Shown piece by piece: positions 8,207-9,822 of a DNA stretch of 9,822 nucleotides. Within the stretch, counting starts at the first letter, position 1. Each line of letters opens with the position of its first letter. Origin of the DNA: Amoebophrya sp. A120 (Eukaryota; Protista; Dinoflagellata); contig CAJINV010000003.1 in NCBI GenBank assembly GCA_905178155.1, positions 2,757,022-2,766,843 on the forward strand, in the 5' to 3' direction. The notes beneath the pieces were generated by a model that was not told the DNA's origin, ran no database searches, and worked only from the letters and a program-made list of their open reading frames with translations. The position numbers and the translations under genes were made by a program.

Positions 8207-9091
8207 TTAACTCAAAAGCAAACGGGCGCTAATTTCGTTCTTGACGCAATTCAAACCAATTTCAAAAGTTTCAGACTTTGCATTGGGGTGGGTGGGTGTT
8301 GGTCGTTTTTGTGTGCCGATGAACCATTTGGAAAGCAATGAGACACGCGACCACTTCCTAGCTACAATCGCTCGAGCTATCGCTGCTGGAGGATGCACTT
8401 CAACCATCCAAACTGGCGCGCTCTGCTTCACCGAAAAAATGAAGAGGTTGACGCGTCAAAGTAGGTTGCTCAAGGCGAGTAGCCAGGCGCAATTCGCGAT
8501 GGGTGAAGAGCTCGCCCGAAGTCCCCATCTTTCCATCTGTGCATGTTGCAGAAGTTGCGTCTTCCTGCCAACCGCTCAACTTTTCAGAAACAGGAAGGGA
8601 GGCCAGCCTAAATTCGCCAGCAGCCTCGGAGGCCAACTGATGAGAAAAGGCACCGGCCCGCTGGCGGCAGGCCGGTGCCTTTCATCGCCTAGCGTTCGTT
8701 CCAACACCGATGGGTCGTGGCCTGCTTTTCTCGGTGCGAGTACCTGTATTAGTGCTTTTGTATTCGAGAGGACGTCCGATTCCGAAATCGACCAGAGGCA
8801 CACACATACACATCAAGTCAAGCTTGCGCCATACAGAACAAAGAGACTGAATCACCAGACTGCGCGCACGTGAAGTGAAGCGATGCATGGCAGCAATCGC
8901 AATACAAATTGAAAAGAAATTGAAGCTGCGATATACAACTAGAAGCGAAAAAAAATATAAATGCCCGCGCCTGGCTATCAATATGCAGCTGTAGCGCTGC
9001 ATCTCGGTCTAGTAATATTTCTACCTGCGCCTGTGTCTAGTCGTATATCTATATGCATCATTTTTGAATCAAAAGACTCTAACTCATTTAC

Positions 9092-9286
9092 CTGCTCTTG
9101 CGTTTTGTCATTCCCAACCATCATGTTCTCGGTCCCAACGTCAGGAAGAGGAGCACGCGTTTCGTTCGCGTCATCAATAGCAGTTTCTCCAGCAACAAGG
9201 CCACCACCCTTGCCGCCAGGGTTTTTAACTCGGCCACAACGCTTCGGAGGTTGCGGCTGGGCCGTATGCGCGTTCGCAGTCTTCTG
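9092..9286 (-). CDS. Candidate internal exon, 65 codons (QKTANAHTAQPQPPKRCGRVKNPGGKGGGLVAGETAIDDANETRAPLPDVGTENMMVGNDKTQEQ)
   Basis: Manual translation. Acceptor TTTCTTGAACACAG| (CAG at 9287-9289) and donor CAG|GTAAAT (9086-9094), with an open frame between them and AT-richer sequence beyond the donor. Confidence 0.45.
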
Positions 9287-9531
9287 CTGTGTTCAAGAAA
9301 TGACTCGCAGGCTTGCTACGGACACCTGCAACCACGCCGCTCTAGCGGGTGCAGGTAGGAAACAAGCAGGAAAAAACATCGCCCACAGCCAGCGATCTGC
9401 TCTGAAACAGACGAAAGTCCGCAGCTCCAGAGCCGTGATGTGGCAACTACGAAAGGACAGGACTCTTTTTTTCTCAAATAATGTATGACACACTGACACC
9501 CAAAGTTGAAATTTCGGAATTTTTGAATTCA

Positions 9532-9589
9532 TTTTGAATTGGATTTGAAGCAGTTTTAATGTCATTAAAACTGCTTTTGAATTGGATTT
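9532..9589. repeat. 29-bp palindrome (9548-9576) between 15-bp direct repeats TTTTGAATTGGATTT (9532-9546 and 9575-9589)
   Basis: AAGCAGTTTTAATG-T-CATTAAAACTGCTT has perfect 14-bp arms and a 1-nt spacer. Confidence 0.9.
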
Positions 9590-9599
9590 TGAATGAGTT

Positions 9600-9635
9600 A
9601 ACCTTGCACGAGGACGAGCTTAAAAATCTCCTCGC
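9600..9635 (+). repeat. Dispersed conserved motif, copy 5
   Basis: AACCTTGCACGAGGACGAGCTTAAAAATCTCCT-CGC; core at 9600-9632. It lacks the upstream CGAG. Confidence 0.97.
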
Positions 9636-9822
9636 AGTAACGATCAAAATATCATGCGTCAAGAATTTCGTGATGCGGCGGAAATCCTGAGACAGAGCTA
9701 ATATCCGTAACTCACCTGCGTAGGGTTTGTGCTCCAATAGGTATTGCCGATCGGACCACAAATCTTACGCAGGTGACTTCCAGCAATTTGTTCCCAAGGA
9801 TTTTCGCCACATCAAATACTAA

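Noticed and set aside
8241-8873. 210-aa plus-strand ORF and overlapping short minus-strand ORFs
   Set aside because: There is no recognisable domain or clear codon bias, and the coding frame cannot be chosen from sequence alone.
9221-9232. Partial motif-like matches: inverted CGAGTTAAAAAC here, also 4034-4045, 4546-4554 and 7783-7796
   Set aside because: They are 9-14 nt, mostly imperfect, and several lie inside exon candidates, so they are compatible with chance.
4855-9635. Canonical CRISPR array or bacterial integron
   Set aside because: Spacers are 865-1396 bp rather than ~30-40 bp. There is no cas or intI gene, no attC RYYYAAC...GTTRRRY structure, and the segments are not start-to-stop prokaryotic ORFs. 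Only the layout is analogous.
4857-9635. Motif as a repeated coding micro-exon or peptide, TL(N/H)EDE(V/L)KNLL; variants are synonymous or conservative in this + frame
   Set aside because: Copies 1 and 4 hit stops within four codons, and there are no consistent splice sites around the copies. Not fully excluded: the motif could derive from a coding sequence.

Overview
This looks like eukaryotic genomic DNA: there are GT-AG-bounded exon candidates and no operon structure, and I recognise no rRNA, tRNA, transposase, integrase, RT or cas gene. The left end holds two abutting satellites: 13 copies of a 19-bp CCCCAAAA-containing unit (1-252) and about 1.27 kb of an 18-bp purine/G-rich unit (253-~1520). 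These satellites explain the long ORFs there, which are probably artefacts. A GC-rich island with direct and inverted repeats, a hairpin cluster and a mucin-like exon on the minus strand follow. The main signal is a 33-nt motif, AAC[A/C]TTG[A/C]ACGAGGACGAG[G/C]TTAAAAATCT[C/G]CT, found five times in the same orientation (starts 4859, 6041, 6939, 8171, 9600). The copies are separated by 0.87-1.4 kb of mutually unrelated sequence, most of it carrying minus-strand exon-like pieces. The motif has short dyad arms around an A/T core, its left and right variants reassort between copies, and each copy is preceded by a locally stuttered tract. The layout resembles a cassette array or a repeat/long-spacer array. 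Its function and the responsible enzyme cannot be determined from this window.
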